Assembly: GCA_951406725.2 (NCBI GenBank)
Contig: OX597815.1
Coordinates: 79,112,001-79,176,000, forward strand
Length of the DNA: 64,000 nt
Source: Octopus vulgaris
Taxonomy: Eukaryota
Direction: 5' to 3'
The notes under the pieces were generated by a model. The model was not told where the DNA came from. It ran no database searches and was given only the letters and a program-made list of their open reading frames with translations. The position numbers and the translations under genes were made by a program. This document shows positions 63,110-64,000 of this stretch, one piece after another. Position 1 is the stretch's first letter, and each line of letters begins with the position of its first letter.

Positions 63110-63765
63110 TATCTTTCAGTTAATCAATGATTGTAACAAGAAAACCACCCCCAAGAAAACTGAAGTTTCATGTTCTCATACTTCTAACCTTCATAGTCAT
63201 GAACCAGCATCTGAATCTTGTGAAGAAGTATACACCTACATCTTGCTCTCTTCACCTGATGAAGAAAGTAATGTGATTTCTGATAACAGCAGCTGTTTTT
63301 TCTTACTTTCTTTTTTTTTTTGCAATTTATTTGAAAAACTTCTGCTAAACCACCCAAAAGAAAATGAATGTAAAGTTTCTGGATTGATGAAATCCACAGA
63401 ACTCAAAGAAATGAATTTTAGTAGCACAGGCTGTGCTTGAGAGTTGTCTATTCTTCTGTACTCTTTGGAGATTTGGACCCTATAAATCAACATCCTTAAC
63501 TCAATTTTTGTAACATAAAATATATATATGTTTGTATATTTTGTACTGTTCCTCACAAGGTGAATGAAATTTATTAGACAATTTCTTCATTTTCTTCTTT
63601 TAAAAAGGTAATGTCATAAAATGCTTGAATAATATATTGCTTCTCTGTAGATTGCAGCTTTGCCAAAAATAAGCTGGAATCGAATCATCTAGTTACAAAA
63701 ATGAATAAGTGGATCTCACAACAAGATGGAGGAATGAGAAGAGAACTTGTATGTTTTCAATTCGT
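63110..63765 (-). mobile_element. Probable pogo-like DDE transposase remnant
   Basis: PETLHSF..KKK..SSS acidic/basic C-terminal pattern and an upstream N.IQVL..PP-like segment; many stops. Confidence 0.35.
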
Positions 63766-63789
63766 AATCCATTTTATTGTTAAAAGTTT

Positions 63790-64000
63790 ATAATAATAAT
63801 AATAATTGTGTACAGTGCTCAGGTGCACTACAACTCATCTAAAGTGTATATATAATCAGGTGTAGTTTCGGCGGATTTCGGAAAGCATGAGGGCCTTAAA
63901 GGATGCAGTGTCATGGCAGTCAACAACTGACGCAGGCAGTTTATTCCATGCTTCAGCAACTCAGCGTGAAAAAATGTTTCCGAAAGTCATGGGAGCTGTG
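63790..64000 (-). mobile_element. CR1-type LINE 3' end
   Basis: Reverse complement of the 43735-44030 family with a (TAA)n tail. Confidence 0.8.

Overview
AT-rich, microsatellite-dense animal genomic DNA. The SINE/LINE families look like those of an octopod cephalopod (inference from recalled repeat families, not searched). One host gene can be built: a 4-exon, minus-strand mitochondrial [2Fe-2S] ferredoxin (adrenodoxin/FDX1-like, 155 aa, CDS 52149->28423, all GT-AG introns with matching phases). Most of the rest is mobile DNA: tRNA-head SINEs, RTE, CR1 and CRE LINE remnants, a Ty3/Gypsy pol remnant, a Penelope RT remnant, Tc1/mariner, pogo, hAT and piggyBac MITEs, and Helentron-like elements. 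The most striking unexplained layer is a set of about 10 hammerhead-ribozyme motifs, found by eye, from at least 7 unrelated sequence families. They sit in small non-coding, often fold-back or partially tandem elements of Penelope-pLTR/retrozyme type. Several have unusually long stem II insertions, and the copies lying sense to the FDX1 pre-mRNA are all core-mutated. Also notable: an FDX1 lacking the family GF insert exactly at a splice donor, a gag/ORF1-only head-to-tail retroelement, and a CpG-retention domain upstream of the gene. Repeat boundaries are read by eye and approximate unless TSD/TIR coordinates are given.
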